NCBI GenBank assembly: GCA_963674695.2
Contig: CAXXGI010000001.1
Span: forward strand, 896,001 to 960,000
Length of the DNA stretch: 64,000 nucleotides
From: a bacterium
GTDB lineage: Bacteria > UBA10199 > 2-02-FULL-44-16 > JAAZCA01
Reading direction: 5' to 3'
The notes beneath the pieces are model-generated. The model saw only the letters and a program-made list of their open reading frames with translations, was not told where the DNA came from and made no database searches. A program made the position numbers and the translations under genes. Within the stretch, counting starts at the first letter, position 1. Each line of letters begins with the position of its first letter. Positions 45,771-55,080 of this stretch are shown here, piece by piece.

Positions 45771-46781
45771 CTACAGGGCTGGTTCGATATCGATCTGGCG
45801 GACGGTGATGCCGGCTTCTTTGAGCAGATGCAGCGGGACCTCGTTGATCGCGTAGGCCTTGTTGTAGACGACCTCGGCGATGCCGGAGTTGATGATCATC
45901 TTCGTGCAGATGAGGCAGGGAGAATAGGTCGTGTAGATCGTCGCCCCCTTGATGGAGACGCCGTGGTAGGCGGCCTGAACGATGGCGTTCTCCTCGGCAT
46001 GCGAGCAGAGGCATTCGTCGAGCTTCTCGCCCGAGGCCCCGAAGTGGTTGCAGCGCGGACAGCCCCCCTCGTTGCAGTTGGTGATGCCGCGCGGCGTGCC
46101 GTTGTAGCCGGTGGAGACGATGCGTTTGTCCTTCACGATCACCGCGGCGATCTTGCGCTTGATGCAGTTACCGCGCAAGGAGACCACGCGCGCGATCTGC
46201 ATGAAGTATTCGTCCCAGTCGGGACGGACGGTATTGGCCGCGAGCGCCTGGACGACCTGGCGCATCTGTTCCTTGAGCTCTTCGATGGTGGTATCGTTGG
46301 TCACGACCGCATCAGCGAGCTCCGCCGTGCGGTTGAGCTGCTGGGCAGCCAGATCGTTCGAGGAGGCCTCGCGCGCATCGATGTCGAGGAAGGCCTCGTA
46401 GGTCATGGGGTCCCCCTCGCGGTTGCGATCGCGGACGCGCTCGAAGCGAACCTTCGAATCGGCCTCGATGGCGACAAGGTGAAAATCGTTTCGACGCCGC
46501 AGGACCTCCACCTCGAACGGATTGCGGATGGAATCGACCACGACGTGCATGTCGTCGGTGAGCCGTGCGATCACGCGCTCGGCCAGGACCCCCGCGCCGC
46601 CTTCCTGGCGCATCCGGTTGGCCGTCTCGATGAGGCGCTCGCGCGTCACCTCGTGCCCCTCGTCGCGGATCTGGTGGCGCACCTCGTCGGAGAGCGAATA
46701 GTACTCATATCCACTCGCCTTCAAAAAGTCGGCGGCCACGCCCTTGCCCGATCCATTCTTTCCCGTCAGTCCGATAATCAT
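45771..46781 (-). CDS. P-loop kinase-like domain fused to dCMP deaminase
   Basis: IIGLTGKNGSGKG; RPDWDEYFM, TGYNG, HAEEN, PCLIC. Confidence 0.88.
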   Translation of the reverse strand: MIIGLTGKNGSGKGVAADFLKASGYEYYSLSDEVRHQIRDEGHEVTRERLIETANRMRQEGGAGVLAERVIARLTDDMHVVVDSIRNPFEVEVLRRRNDFHLVAIEADSKVRFERVRDRNREGDPMTYEAFLDIDAREASSNDLAAQQLNRTAELADAVVTNDTTIEELKEQMRQVVQALAANTVRPDWDEYFMQIARVVSLRGNCIKRKIAAVIVKDKRIVSTGYNGTPRGITNCNEGGCPRCNHFGASGEKLDECLCSHAEENAIVQAAYHGVSIKGATIYTTYSPCLICTKMIINSGIAEVVYNKAYAINEVPLHLLKEAGITVRQIDIEPAL

Positions 46782-46820
46782 GGGGCGCGCTCTAACAGAA
46801 AGGCCTGCGTGGCGCAAGCA

Positions 46821-46848
46821 TTGACACTTCCGCCCCATTGCCTACAAT
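46821..46848 (+). promoter_or_regulatory. sigma70-type promoter TTGACA-N16-TACAAT
   Basis: Near-consensus boxes; -10 ends 9 nt before the ATG at 46858. Confidence 0.65.
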
Positions 46849-46857
46849 CCGCCGCGT

Positions 46858-47793
46858 ATGATCCACGTCGAACACCTGCACAAGCACTTCGGACCGGTTC
46901 AGGCCGTGAGCGATGTCTCCTTCGATGTCGCCAAAGGTGAGGTCGTGGGCCTTCTGGGCCCCAACGGCGCGGGCAAGACGACCACGATGCGCGTCATCAC
47001 CGGCTTCCTGCGCTCCAGCGCGGGGCTGGTCACCGTGGATGGCATTCCGGTCTCGCCCGAAGAGATTCGCACGCGTCGGCTCATCGGCTATCTCCCTGAA
47101 AATGCACCCCTGCCGACCGATCTGGAGGTCACGGGGTTTCTCGACTACATCGCGCACCTGCGGGGCATCGCCACGACGGCCATCCCTGGCGCGATCGACG
47201 AGATGATCGACACCTGCGGCCTGGCCACGGTGGTGGGTCGCCCGATCGGCCAGCTCTCGAAGGGATATCGGCAGCGCGTGGGACTCGCCGCGGCGCTGCT
47301 CCACCGGCCGCCGATCCTCATCCTCGATGAACCGACCTCCGGCCTCGACCCGAATCAGATCACCGAGATCCGCACGCTGATTCGAGCCATCGGACAGGAG
47401 CGGACGGTCGTGCTCTCCACGCACATCCTGCAGGAGGTCGAAGCGACCTGCTCGCGCGCGCTGATCATCAGCAGCGGAAAACTCGTCGGCCACGGCACGC
47501 TCTCAGAACTGATGCGCGCATCCGGCGGGCACGCGCGCTATACCGTCGCCCTGCGCGCCGCGCGCGAGGTGATTCGCACGGCACTCGAAGCGCTGCCCCA
47601 TCTGGAGATCGCCGAATGGCTCTCGGGACCAACCGATGAACGCCAGCGCTTTACCCTGGCGGGACAGGATCCCGAGGATCGCTCCGAGGAGATCTTTGGC
47701 TGGGCCGTGGCGCAAAATTTAACGCTCGCGGAACTGACCCACGAGACGGCCTCGCTCGAAGAGGTTTTTCGGGAGTTGACGCAAACCCCGTGA
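46858..47793 (+). CDS. ABC ATPase (GldA-like)
   Basis: GPNGAGKTT, LSKGYRQRVG, LDEPTSGLDPNQI. Confidence 0.9.
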   Translation: MIHVEHLHKHFGPVQAVSDVSFDVAKGEVVGLLGPNGAGKTTTMRVITGFLRSSAGLVTVDGIPVSPEEIRTRRLIGYLPENAPLPTDLEVTGFLDYIAHLRGIATTAIPGAIDEMIDTCGLATVVGRPIGQLSKGYRQRVGLAAALLHRPPILILDEPTSGLDPNQITEIRTLIRAIGQERTVVLSTHILQEVEATCSRALIISSGKLVGHGTLSELMRASGGHARYTVALRAAREVIRTALEALPHLEIAEWLSGPTDERQRFTLAGQDPEDRSEEIFGWAVAQNLTLAELTHETASLEEVFRELTQTP

Positions 47794-47866
47794 ACGGTAA
47801 ACCGTGAACGGTGAACAGAAAATCGTTCACGGTTCACCGTTCACCGTTTACGGTTAACGGTTCACG
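47789..47866. repeat. Inverted heptamer array (4 x SGTRAAC, then 6 x GTTHACS)
   Basis: Read directly from sequence. Confidence 0.85.
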
Positions 47867-47869
47867 ATT

Positions 47870-48586
47870 ATGAAAAACATCTGGACGATTACCAAGCGAG
47901 AGTTCACGGCGTATTTCGTCAGCCCGATCGCCTACGTCTATCTCATCACCTTTCTCGTCGTCACCAACTGGCTCTTCTTCCGCACCTTCTTCGTCCTGGG
48001 GCAAGCGGACATGCGCCTCTTCTTCGGCCTCATCCCCTGGATCTTTCTCTTCTTCGTTCCAGCGGTGGCCATGGGCAAGTGGGCCGAGGAGCGCAAGCTC
48101 GGAACGCTCGAGGTCCTGTTCACGCTCCCGGTCTGCCTCCTCGATATCATCCTCGGAAAATTCTTGGCGGGACTCGGCCTTATCGCGACCGCGCTCCTGC
48201 TCACGCTCCCGATGGCGCTCACGATCGCAGGGCTCGGCGATCTGGACTGGGGCCCGGTCATCGGCGGCTACATCGGCTCGCTCTTCCTGGGCGGCGCCTA
48301 CCTCGCGGTGGGACTGACCATCTCATCGCTCACCGAAAATCAGATCATCGCCTTCATCCTGGGAGTGGCGGCGAGCTTCGGCCTGCTCATCATCGGCACG
48401 CCGATGATCGCCGGCGGCAGCTCCGGACCGATCGCCCAGGTCCTCCAATACATGGGCCTGGAGATGCACTTCACCTCGATCGCTCGGGGCGTGATCGATA
48501 GCCGTGATCTCATCTATTATAGTTCGGTCATCGGTTTCTTTCTCTATGTGAACCGCAAACTCCTGGAGACGTTTGCCCGACGATAG
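47870..48586 (+). CDS. ABC permease (GldF-like)
   Basis: YFVSPIAY, AEERKLGTLE, GVIDSRDLIYY. Confidence 0.88.
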   Translation: MKNIWTITKREFTAYFVSPIAYVYLITFLVVTNWLFFRTFFVLGQADMRLFFGLIPWIFLFFVPAVAMGKWAEERKLGTLEVLFTLPVCLLDIILGKFLAGLGLIATALLLTLPMALTIAGLGDLDWGPVIGGYIGSLFLGGAYLAVGLTISSLTENQIIAFILGVAASFGLLIIGTPMIAGGSSGPIAQVLQYMGLEMHFTSIARGVIDSRDLIYYSSVIGFFLYVNRKLLETFARR

Positions 48587-48596
48587 GCGTGAAACA

Positions 48597-50189
48597 ATGC
48601 CCAAGAAGAACGCGATCATCATGGTCCTGACGGTGCTGCTGCTCCTTGCCACCGTCAACGTCATCGCTGCACGCTTCCCCCTGCGCGCCGACCTGACGGA
48701 AAACCGCACCTATACGCTCGCGCCAGCCACGCACGACATTCTGAAACACTTGGACGACATCGTCTCGATCACCGTCTATTTTACCGAAGAGCTCCCGCCA
48801 CAGCTGACCACGCTCCGGCGAAACGTGGAAGACCTGCTGGCCGAAATCAAACGCGCCTCGAACGCCCGCGTCCGGGTTGCCTTCGTCGATCCGAACAGCT
48901 CCATGCTGGATGAACAAAAGGCCGCGCTTCTGGGTATCCCGCCGATTCAGCTCAACGTCCTCAAACACGATCGCCAGGAGGTGGCCAAGATCTATCTGGG
49001 GATGGCCGTCACCTACGGAGACCAACAACAGGTCCTGCCCGTCGTCCAACGCCTGGAGACACTCGAGTATGATCTGGTCGAAGCGATCCTCAAGGTGACG
49101 ACGAAGGAGATGCCGCCGATCGCCTGGTGGGAGACGCCAACCGACAGCGCGGCCGCCGGGGGATTCAGCCTGATCCGCCAGGCGCTCGAACGCCGTTATA
49201 CCATCGTCCCGCTGAACGCGGAGACGGCGATCGATGCCGATCCGAAGCGTTTTCCCGCGCTGGTGCTCGCCTCACCTCGCACGTTCTCGAATGAAGCGCT
49301 CGTCTGGCTCGACCAATACCTCATGGGCGGCGGCCGCATCATCGCGCTCATCGATCGGTTCGATATCGATGGGCAACTCAACGTGACGCCCGTCGAGACG
49401 AACGTGACGGAGCTCTTGACCCACTACGGCGTGACCGCTGACGACGAACTCGTGCTCGACACTGCAAACGCCATGGCCTCGTTTTCCGGCGGCATTGTCA
49501 CCTATCACATGCCCTATCCGTATTGGCCGGACGTGCAGAAAGCATACCTCAATTCGGACGAGCCGATCGTGGCCGACCTGGAATCGATCGTCCTGCCTTG
49601 GACGAGCCCGCTCACCCTGGCCACGACCGCCGCTGAAACCGGCACGCCCCTGGCCACGACCACCGATCAGGCCATCGCGATCCCCGCACATGAGGCACAG
49701 CTGGATCCACAGGCCGCCGCCGAAGCGATGGCGCAAGGCAAACCGGCAACCGCCGTCTTGTCCGCCCTGCTCGACGGACCGTTTTCGAGCTTCTTTGCCG
49801 ATCGCGACCGCGCGCCCAAAGGGGCGACCCTCATCGGCGAGAGCCCCGCCAGCGCGCGTCTGTTCGTCGTGGGATCATCGCGCTGGGTGAGCGACTCATT
49901 TCTGCAGGTCTTCCCCGCCAACGCCGCCTTCTTCCAGAATGCAGTGGACGCCTTCGCCATGGGCGATGCCCTCATCGGCATCCGTTCGCGCGAGCAGACC
50001 ACGCGACCGATCGCCGCGCTCTCTGAAACAGGCATCGCTTTCTTCCGGTGGACGAACCTCCTCATCGGCCCGATCATCGTGTTGGTCATTGCCCTGGTCG
50101 TCTTTCTGATGCGACGTGCACGATCGAGGTCGATCCAAAGACGCATCGGCTCACGCCGCGAACAGAGAAAAGCGAGTCCACCCGCATGA
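48597..50189 (+). CDS. GldG-like ABC auxiliary component
   Basis: DLTENRTYTL, LEYDL, LDQYLMGGG, C-terminal TM. Confidence 0.85.
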   Translation: MPKKNAIIMVLTVLLLLATVNVIAARFPLRADLTENRTYTLAPATHDILKHLDDIVSITVYFTEELPPQLTTLRRNVEDLLAEIKRASNARVRVAFVDPNSSMLDEQKAALLGIPPIQLNVLKHDRQEVAKIYLGMAVTYGDQQQVLPVVQRLETLEYDLVEAILKVTTKEMPPIAWWETPTDSAAAGGFSLIRQALERRYTIVPLNAETAIDADPKRFPALVLASPRTFSNEALVWLDQYLMGGGRIIALIDRFDIDGQLNVTPVETNVTELLTHYGVTADDELVLDTANAMASFSGGIVTYHMPYPYWPDVQKAYLNSDEPIVADLESIVLPWTSPLTLATTAAETGTPLATTTDQAIAIPAHEAQLDPQAAAEAMAQGKPATAVLSALLDGPFSSFFADRDRAPKGATLIGESPASARLFVVGSSRWVSDSFLQVFPANAAFFQNAVDAFAMGDALIGIRSREQTTRPIAALSETGIAFFRWTNLLIGPIIVLVIALVVFLMRRARSRSIQRRIGSRREQRKASPPA

Positions 50190-51181
50190 ACCTATCGACC
50201 AACAAGCCGATCCTCTATTTCAGCGCGGCGCTCCTTCTGCTGGCCATCGTCGTCCTCACCCAGCACACCGACACCTCTCGCGTCGGCGATGAGACCGAGC
50301 ATTATTTCATCGAAGACTACGACAGCGCCGATGTCGTACGCATCGAAGTCGAACAGCTCATCGATAGCATCGAACTGCGCCGCACCGAGAAGGGATGGGA
50401 GGTCTCCGAACGGATGACCCCCATGCGCCGCGCTCTCATCAACAAAGGGGGAGAGTCGTTCCCGAAAGAAAAATGGCATCGCGCAGATCCCTCGCGCGTG
50501 GCCAATGCCCTGGGCTCATTCGGCGGTCTCTCTGAGGGGCTGGTGATCTCCGACGACCCGGATCGGCGCAAAATCTACCACGTCGGCCAGACGGGACTTG
50601 CCATACGCCTCTACGACGAAGGGGACAGCGTCATCGCCGATCTCGTCATCGGAAAAAACGCGCCCGATTTTACCTCGAGCTATATCCGCCGCAGCGATGA
50701 AAACGAGGTCCATCGCGTGCGACGACCGCTGATGGGGGCCTTCTCCCCCAGTGCGGAGGATTGGCGCGAACGCCGCCTGTGGACGCTGGAACCGAACACC
50801 ATCACCACGATGACGATCGCCGGCGGAAAGGTAAACAACACTTACGAACAGAACGCAGAGCATCATTGGAGCTGCCGCCGATGTCCGAACGCCACGGTCG
50901 ACCAGGAACACCTGCGCAGCTTTGCCATCAAGCTCGCCTTCTTGCGCGCCGACCAATTTGCCGACGATGTGAGCATCCACAAGGCAGGGCTCGACCATCC
51001 GAGCATGACGGCCACCTTCACCGACAAGAAGGGGGAGACGCGCAAACTGAACATTGGACTGCCTGAGGGTGAATCGTTCTACTATGCCAACGTCGAAGGC
51101 ATCGACGAGATCGTCCTCATCGGCAAGGAAATCGTCGAGCTCGCAAAGGACCTGCCGCGCGAAGCCATCAAACAGAAATGA
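50186..51181 (+). CDS. DUF4340-like protein
   Basis: N-terminal TM, LVIGK...YIRR, DWRERRL, GLDHP; usual position after a GldG-like gene. Confidence 0.7.
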   Translation: MNLSTNKPILYFSAALLLLAIVVLTQHTDTSRVGDETEHYFIEDYDSADVVRIEVEQLIDSIELRRTEKGWEVSERMTPMRRALINKGGESFPKEKWHRADPSRVANALGSFGGLSEGLVISDDPDRRKIYHVGQTGLAIRLYDEGDSVIADLVIGKNAPDFTSSYIRRSDENEVHRVRRPLMGAFSPSAEDWRERRLWTLEPNTITTMTIAGGKVNNTYEQNAEHHWSCRRCPNATVDQEHLRSFAIKLAFLRADQFADDVSIHKAGLDHPSMTATFTDKKGETRKLNIGLPEGESFYYANVEGIDEIVLIGKEIVELAKDLPREAIKQK

Positions 51182-51188
51182 AGGCGAC

Positions 51189-51659
51189 ATGATGCAGAAC
51201 GAACGCCGCAAAAAAGCCATTCGAACCCTCGCGCTTTGCATTGCCGCCACATCCATCCTGGCCCTTGCCGCGCGCACGAACCATGCACAGTCATCGTCGG
51301 TGGAACACCTCCTGCCGATGACGATCGCCTTCTCCCCCGGAACGCAGCTGATCGCGCGCAACGACGAGACGCGTTTGCGCCTGCTCGCCCATGCGCTGGC
51401 GCAACCCGCTTACAACGGATGGAAGCTGCGCCTCACCGGATACGCCGATTCCACACACGCCACGACCGAGCAGAACCGCCAGCGCCTCATCTTCTATTCG
51501 CAACAACGCGCGATCGCTGTTCGCAATTATCTGGGCGCACAGGGACTCACCGACGATCGCTTCGTGATCGTCGCCGCGGGGGCGGCGTCGTCGCCGGGAA
51601 CAAATAGCCGAAAGGTAGTGATTCAGGGGATACAACCGAGAGAAGCGTCCGGACGGTGA
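51189..51659 (+). CDS. Small OmpA-like peptidoglycan-binding protein
   Basis: Signal peptide, LTGYADS...SQQRAIAVRNYL...SRKV. Confidence 0.72.
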   Translation: MMQNERRKKAIRTLALCIAATSILALAARTNHAQSSSVEHLLPMTIAFSPGTQLIARNDETRLRLLAHALAQPAYNGWKLRLTGYADSTHATTEQNRQRLIFYSQQRAIAVRNYLGAQGLTDDRFVIVAAGAASSPGTNSRKVVIQGIQPREASGR

Positions 51660-52508
51660 TCAGGCTTCGCGCGGAGACGTCGCACCTTCGACACTCTGCG
51701 AAAGCCTTCGATAGCTTCTTTGCAGGCTCGCCAGATCCTCGGCGCCGTCGTCGATCTCCTCTTTCTCCGCACCGCGCTTCACATACCGATAGAGGGTGAA
51801 CGCCCCCGAAAGCACGGCAGCGCCCTCACCGAGCACACGAGCCCATGCGATCAGTTCGGACCACCCCGGATAGCTGACGGTCAATTCATCCGAGAGAATT
51901 CTGCCGAAAAAGAACAGCCCCACGACCAGGGCGATCTGCGTCACTGTCTGTTTCTCACATCCATCCCAATCCTCCATCCGCTCCCGGGCTTGATCTTCGA
52001 GCACATCGGCCATGAAGCTGCTGAACGCCACGATGGAGGCATCCGAGATAAACCCGTGCGACCGGAGACTGATGAGCGACTGGGGATGAAAGGATCGATG
52101 GAGCTGCGACACCGACTGAATCGCGCATGGCTTCGAAGGGGTCTCTAATTTCGGCGCAAGACGAGACAGGGCCGCGGTCAACACCGGCGACGCTTCCCGC
52201 ACGAACGCGTTCTTCATCTGTGCATAGGTCGGCTGGGCGCGAATGTCGGCGATGACCTCGCTTGCCTGTTTCATGCCCAGCTGTGCAAACGCGTCGGAGA
52301 CGGCAACCGGCTGCGCTCTCGTGAAATGATATCTGTCGAGCGATTCGCGTGCGACATCGACATCGCCCGCCTGGAGAAAATCGTCGGCCGCGCCCAGCCC
52401 CATCTCGAGTGCCGCAAATTCCCCATCGAGGTTGCCGGGATAGAAATTCGCCGCCGACTGAAATGAGGGGACCGACACCGATCCCACGGATGGGGTGAAG
52501 AAACTCAT
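51660..52508 (-). CDS. Hypothetical protein with two C-terminal TM helices (paralog A)
   Basis: Shares FYP..LDGEF....GLG..DDFL with neighbour. Confidence 0.7.
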   Translation of the reverse strand: MSFFTPSVGSVSVPSFQSAANFYPGNLDGEFAALEMGLGAADDFLQAGDVDVARESLDRYHFTRAQPVAVSDAFAQLGMKQASEVIADIRAQPTYAQMKNAFVREASPVLTAALSRLAPKLETPSKPCAIQSVSQLHRSFHPQSLISLRSHGFISDASIVAFSSFMADVLEDQARERMEDWDGCEKQTVTQIALVVGLFFFGRILSDELTVSYPGWSELIAWARVLGEGAAVLSGAFTLYRYVKRGAEKEEIDDGAEDLASLQRSYRRLSQSVEGATSPREA

Positions 52509-52622
52509 ACCCCCGTATCGCAGAAATCAGTCCGAGGTTTCGCGGTATGTAACTGTTGAGGAGAAAAACCCGCCAGATTTATTTAACACCCTGCGCGGCC
52601 GGATGATGGGATGGCATCTGCG

Positions 52623-53446
52623 TCACAATGATGAGCGTGCGAGGGAAGTATAGCTGGCGCGAAGCGTTTTGATGCTTCGCAGGCGCCCATCGATGGTATT
52701 CCGATCGCGAACATGGAGGTCGCGCTGACCGAAGAAACGGTTGTAGGCGTCTATGGCCGCTCGCCCCCGAGGATAAGGACGATCCCTCCGTAGATGGCAT
52801 AGGGCGCCCACGCCGGAAATGACGCGGGGAGGTTCAGCACCGCGACGGCGGATACCATGACTATCCCGGCACGGGCCATTTCGGCGAGAAAGAAGCCGTC
52901 GTAATCGGCGCTCATTCGGCTGACCTGCCGGACCTCCCGCCGCAGCGCTTCATCCATGAACAGGGCGAAGTTCGCCACGTCCTCCGAGGCGAGGATGCCT
53001 TGGTCTCGCCGTTGCTGGAGCGTGCGCGACAAGAACGGGCTATGGATCTCCTGCAGCCAATAGGGGGCACGAACCCGATAGCGCTGCATCGACTCGACCT
53101 TGTCATGAAATCCCTGCTTTAGTGCGGGCGCGGCCGATGCGATAAACGCATCCCGCATCTGCCCCAATGTCGGCCTGTCGCGAATCTCGGCGAAGACCTC
53201 GTCGGCGTTGTCCATCCCGAGCCAGGTGAACGCCTTCGGAACGGAGATGGCCCGTTCGTCCTGGGTGCGCTGATCGAGCGCGGCACGGGCGAGATCCTCG
53301 GTCGGCGCGTCCAAAAAATCATCGGTCACGCCCAATCCCAGTCCCAGCGGCAGAAATTCCCCATCGAGGCTGGCCGGATAGAACGACGGCGCCATCTGAA
53401 AGGCCGAGCCATACACGCCGGAACTGTTCGCCAGAAACTCGTTCAT
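52623..53446 (-). pseudogene. Paralog B, frameshifted near 52762-52768 (or sequence error)
   Basis: Frame ends LILGGERP* at 52751; alternative frame continues AAIDAYNRFF...LRASYTSLARS, matching the paralog A C-terminus. Confidence 0.6.
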
Positions 53447-53630
53447 GGTTCGGTTATCGCTCGGGAGGAGAAAAAGTTTTGTGTTTTTTTCTACATTGCA
53501 GGAATGAGCGGATGACCCTATCGCGCGCATAGACGGCGCCACAGCATGAGACCAAAACCGATGAGGAGGGAGAACCCTGCGACGCTGAGCCAACGATCGG
53601 TCGCGAGGCAGCATCGAGCACATCGACACA

Positions 53631-54959
53631 TCAACTCCCTCGATCACCTTCGAGAAACACCGTGTCTGGGAAAAGAGAGGCTGCATAGAGGGGATAGTTG
53701 CAAATACCCCGCGACGTGCTGAAATTGGATTGCGATGTGCGCGATAAGAGAGAGGGTTTGTATCTCTTCCCATACTCACCGAGGCTTTTCGACCGTTTGA
53801 CCATACCCGACTTGACCTCCAGCGGGAGAACCTCTTCATCCTTCGCGACAATGAAATCAATTTCTGCACGGCCACGGCTTGTCCAGTAATAGAGTTGTCT
53901 CTCGTGTCTTGCTCTCAATTCTTGCGCGACATAATTTTCGACAAAAGCACCCTTGAAATGCGTAAAGAGCTTGTTCCCCTCGACAATCGTCTTTGGAGTG
54001 AGATCCAGCATTGCTCCCAAGAGGCCCGTGTCCAGCATGAAGAGCTTGAAGATATGATGTTCAGCATATCCCTCGAGCGGCACACCCGGAATGGAAACAT
54101 TGTAGGATTTGTAAATGAGCCCCGCATCGACGAGCCACTGAAGCGCGTTCTCATATGCCCTGGCACGGGCGTTTTTGCTCAGCGTGGAGAACGTGAATTT
54201 CTTGTTCTCCCTTGAAAGATGGGTTGGTATCGATTCCCAGATCTGACTGATCTTCATCACATCGCTACTCGGCGCATGTTTCGAAAAATCCAGCGCATAT
54301 GATTGCAGGATCTCCTTCTGCGTATCTCTCACGATGCTGAAATCGCGCGTAGCGAGGTAGCTGGAAACGACCTCCGGCATGCCTCCTGTGTAGTAGTAGA
54401 TCCTCAGCAGGTCTATGAGTTCGTCATGAAAGGGCCGAAGGAGAGGGGTAAAGGACGTATGCTCCTCGACGACTCGCCTCAAGTTCAATTTCCCCACGGC
54501 AGTGAGAAACTCGAAGAAGGTCATGGGGTAGAGATGAAGGAAGTTCACCTTTCCGACCGGAAATGGCTTTGTCCTTGTCAGCTTGATTCCCAGGAGCGAA
54601 CCGGCTGCGATCACGTGATACTGACCTGCCTTCTCGCAGAAATACTTGAGGCTGTTCAATGCGCCTGGAGATTCCTGAATCTCATCGAGGACGATGAGTG
54701 TCGCCCCCGGTTTTATCCTTTCGTTGTCGTACGCTGAGAGGCGTTCGATGAGCGTGGAGGGTTCGAGGCTTCCCTGAAAGAGGTCGTCGAGACCGGGGTC
54801 TTCATCGAAGTTGAAGGAGGCGAGATGATCGTACTCGCTATTTCCGAATGCCTTGAGGAGCCAGGTCTTCCCGACCTGACGGGCGCCCTGAAGCACCAAG
54901 GGTTTGCGCCGCGGTGATGACTTCCAGGAAAGGAGCCTGGCATATAAATCTCGTTTCAT
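53631..54959 (-). CDS. AAA_14 ATPase with DUF4143 domain
   Basis: GARQVGKT, LDEIQ, AGSLLG, GGMPE, DTGLL, EIDFI, PLEVKSG. Confidence 0.9.
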   Translation of the reverse strand: MKRDLYARLLSWKSSPRRKPLVLQGARQVGKTWLLKAFGNSEYDHLASFNFDEDPGLDDLFQGSLEPSTLIERLSAYDNERIKPGATLIVLDEIQESPGALNSLKYFCEKAGQYHVIAAGSLLGIKLTRTKPFPVGKVNFLHLYPMTFFEFLTAVGKLNLRRVVEEHTSFTPLLRPFHDELIDLLRIYYYTGGMPEVVSSYLATRDFSIVRDTQKEILQSYALDFSKHAPSSDVMKISQIWESIPTHLSRENKKFTFSTLSKNARARAYENALQWLVDAGLIYKSYNVSIPGVPLEGYAEHHIFKLFMLDTGLLGAMLDLTPKTIVEGNKLFTHFKGAFVENYVAQELRARHERQLYYWTSRGRAEIDFIVAKDEEVLPLEVKSGMVKRSKSLGEYGKRYKPSLLSRTSQSNFSTSRGICNYPLYAASLFPDTVFLEGDRGS

Positions 54960-55005
54960 AACAATATGTTACCGAAATGGAGTACCAATAACAAGCGTTA
55001 AGTTG

Positions 55006-55064
55006 ATAAAACGTGATAAATGACACGTTTTATCATCGTAAAACGTGACCACATTCACGTTATA
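55006..55064. promoter_or_regulatory. Two tandem operator-like palindromes
   Basis: GATAAAACGTG-N8-CACGTTTTATC and AACGTG-N8-CACGTT. Confidence 0.5.
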
Positions 55065-55080
55065 GGCTGATATTGCGTGA

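Noticed and set aside
46858-51181. Gliding motility system
   Set aside because: GldAFG-like ABC modules are widespread and no other motility genes are visible here
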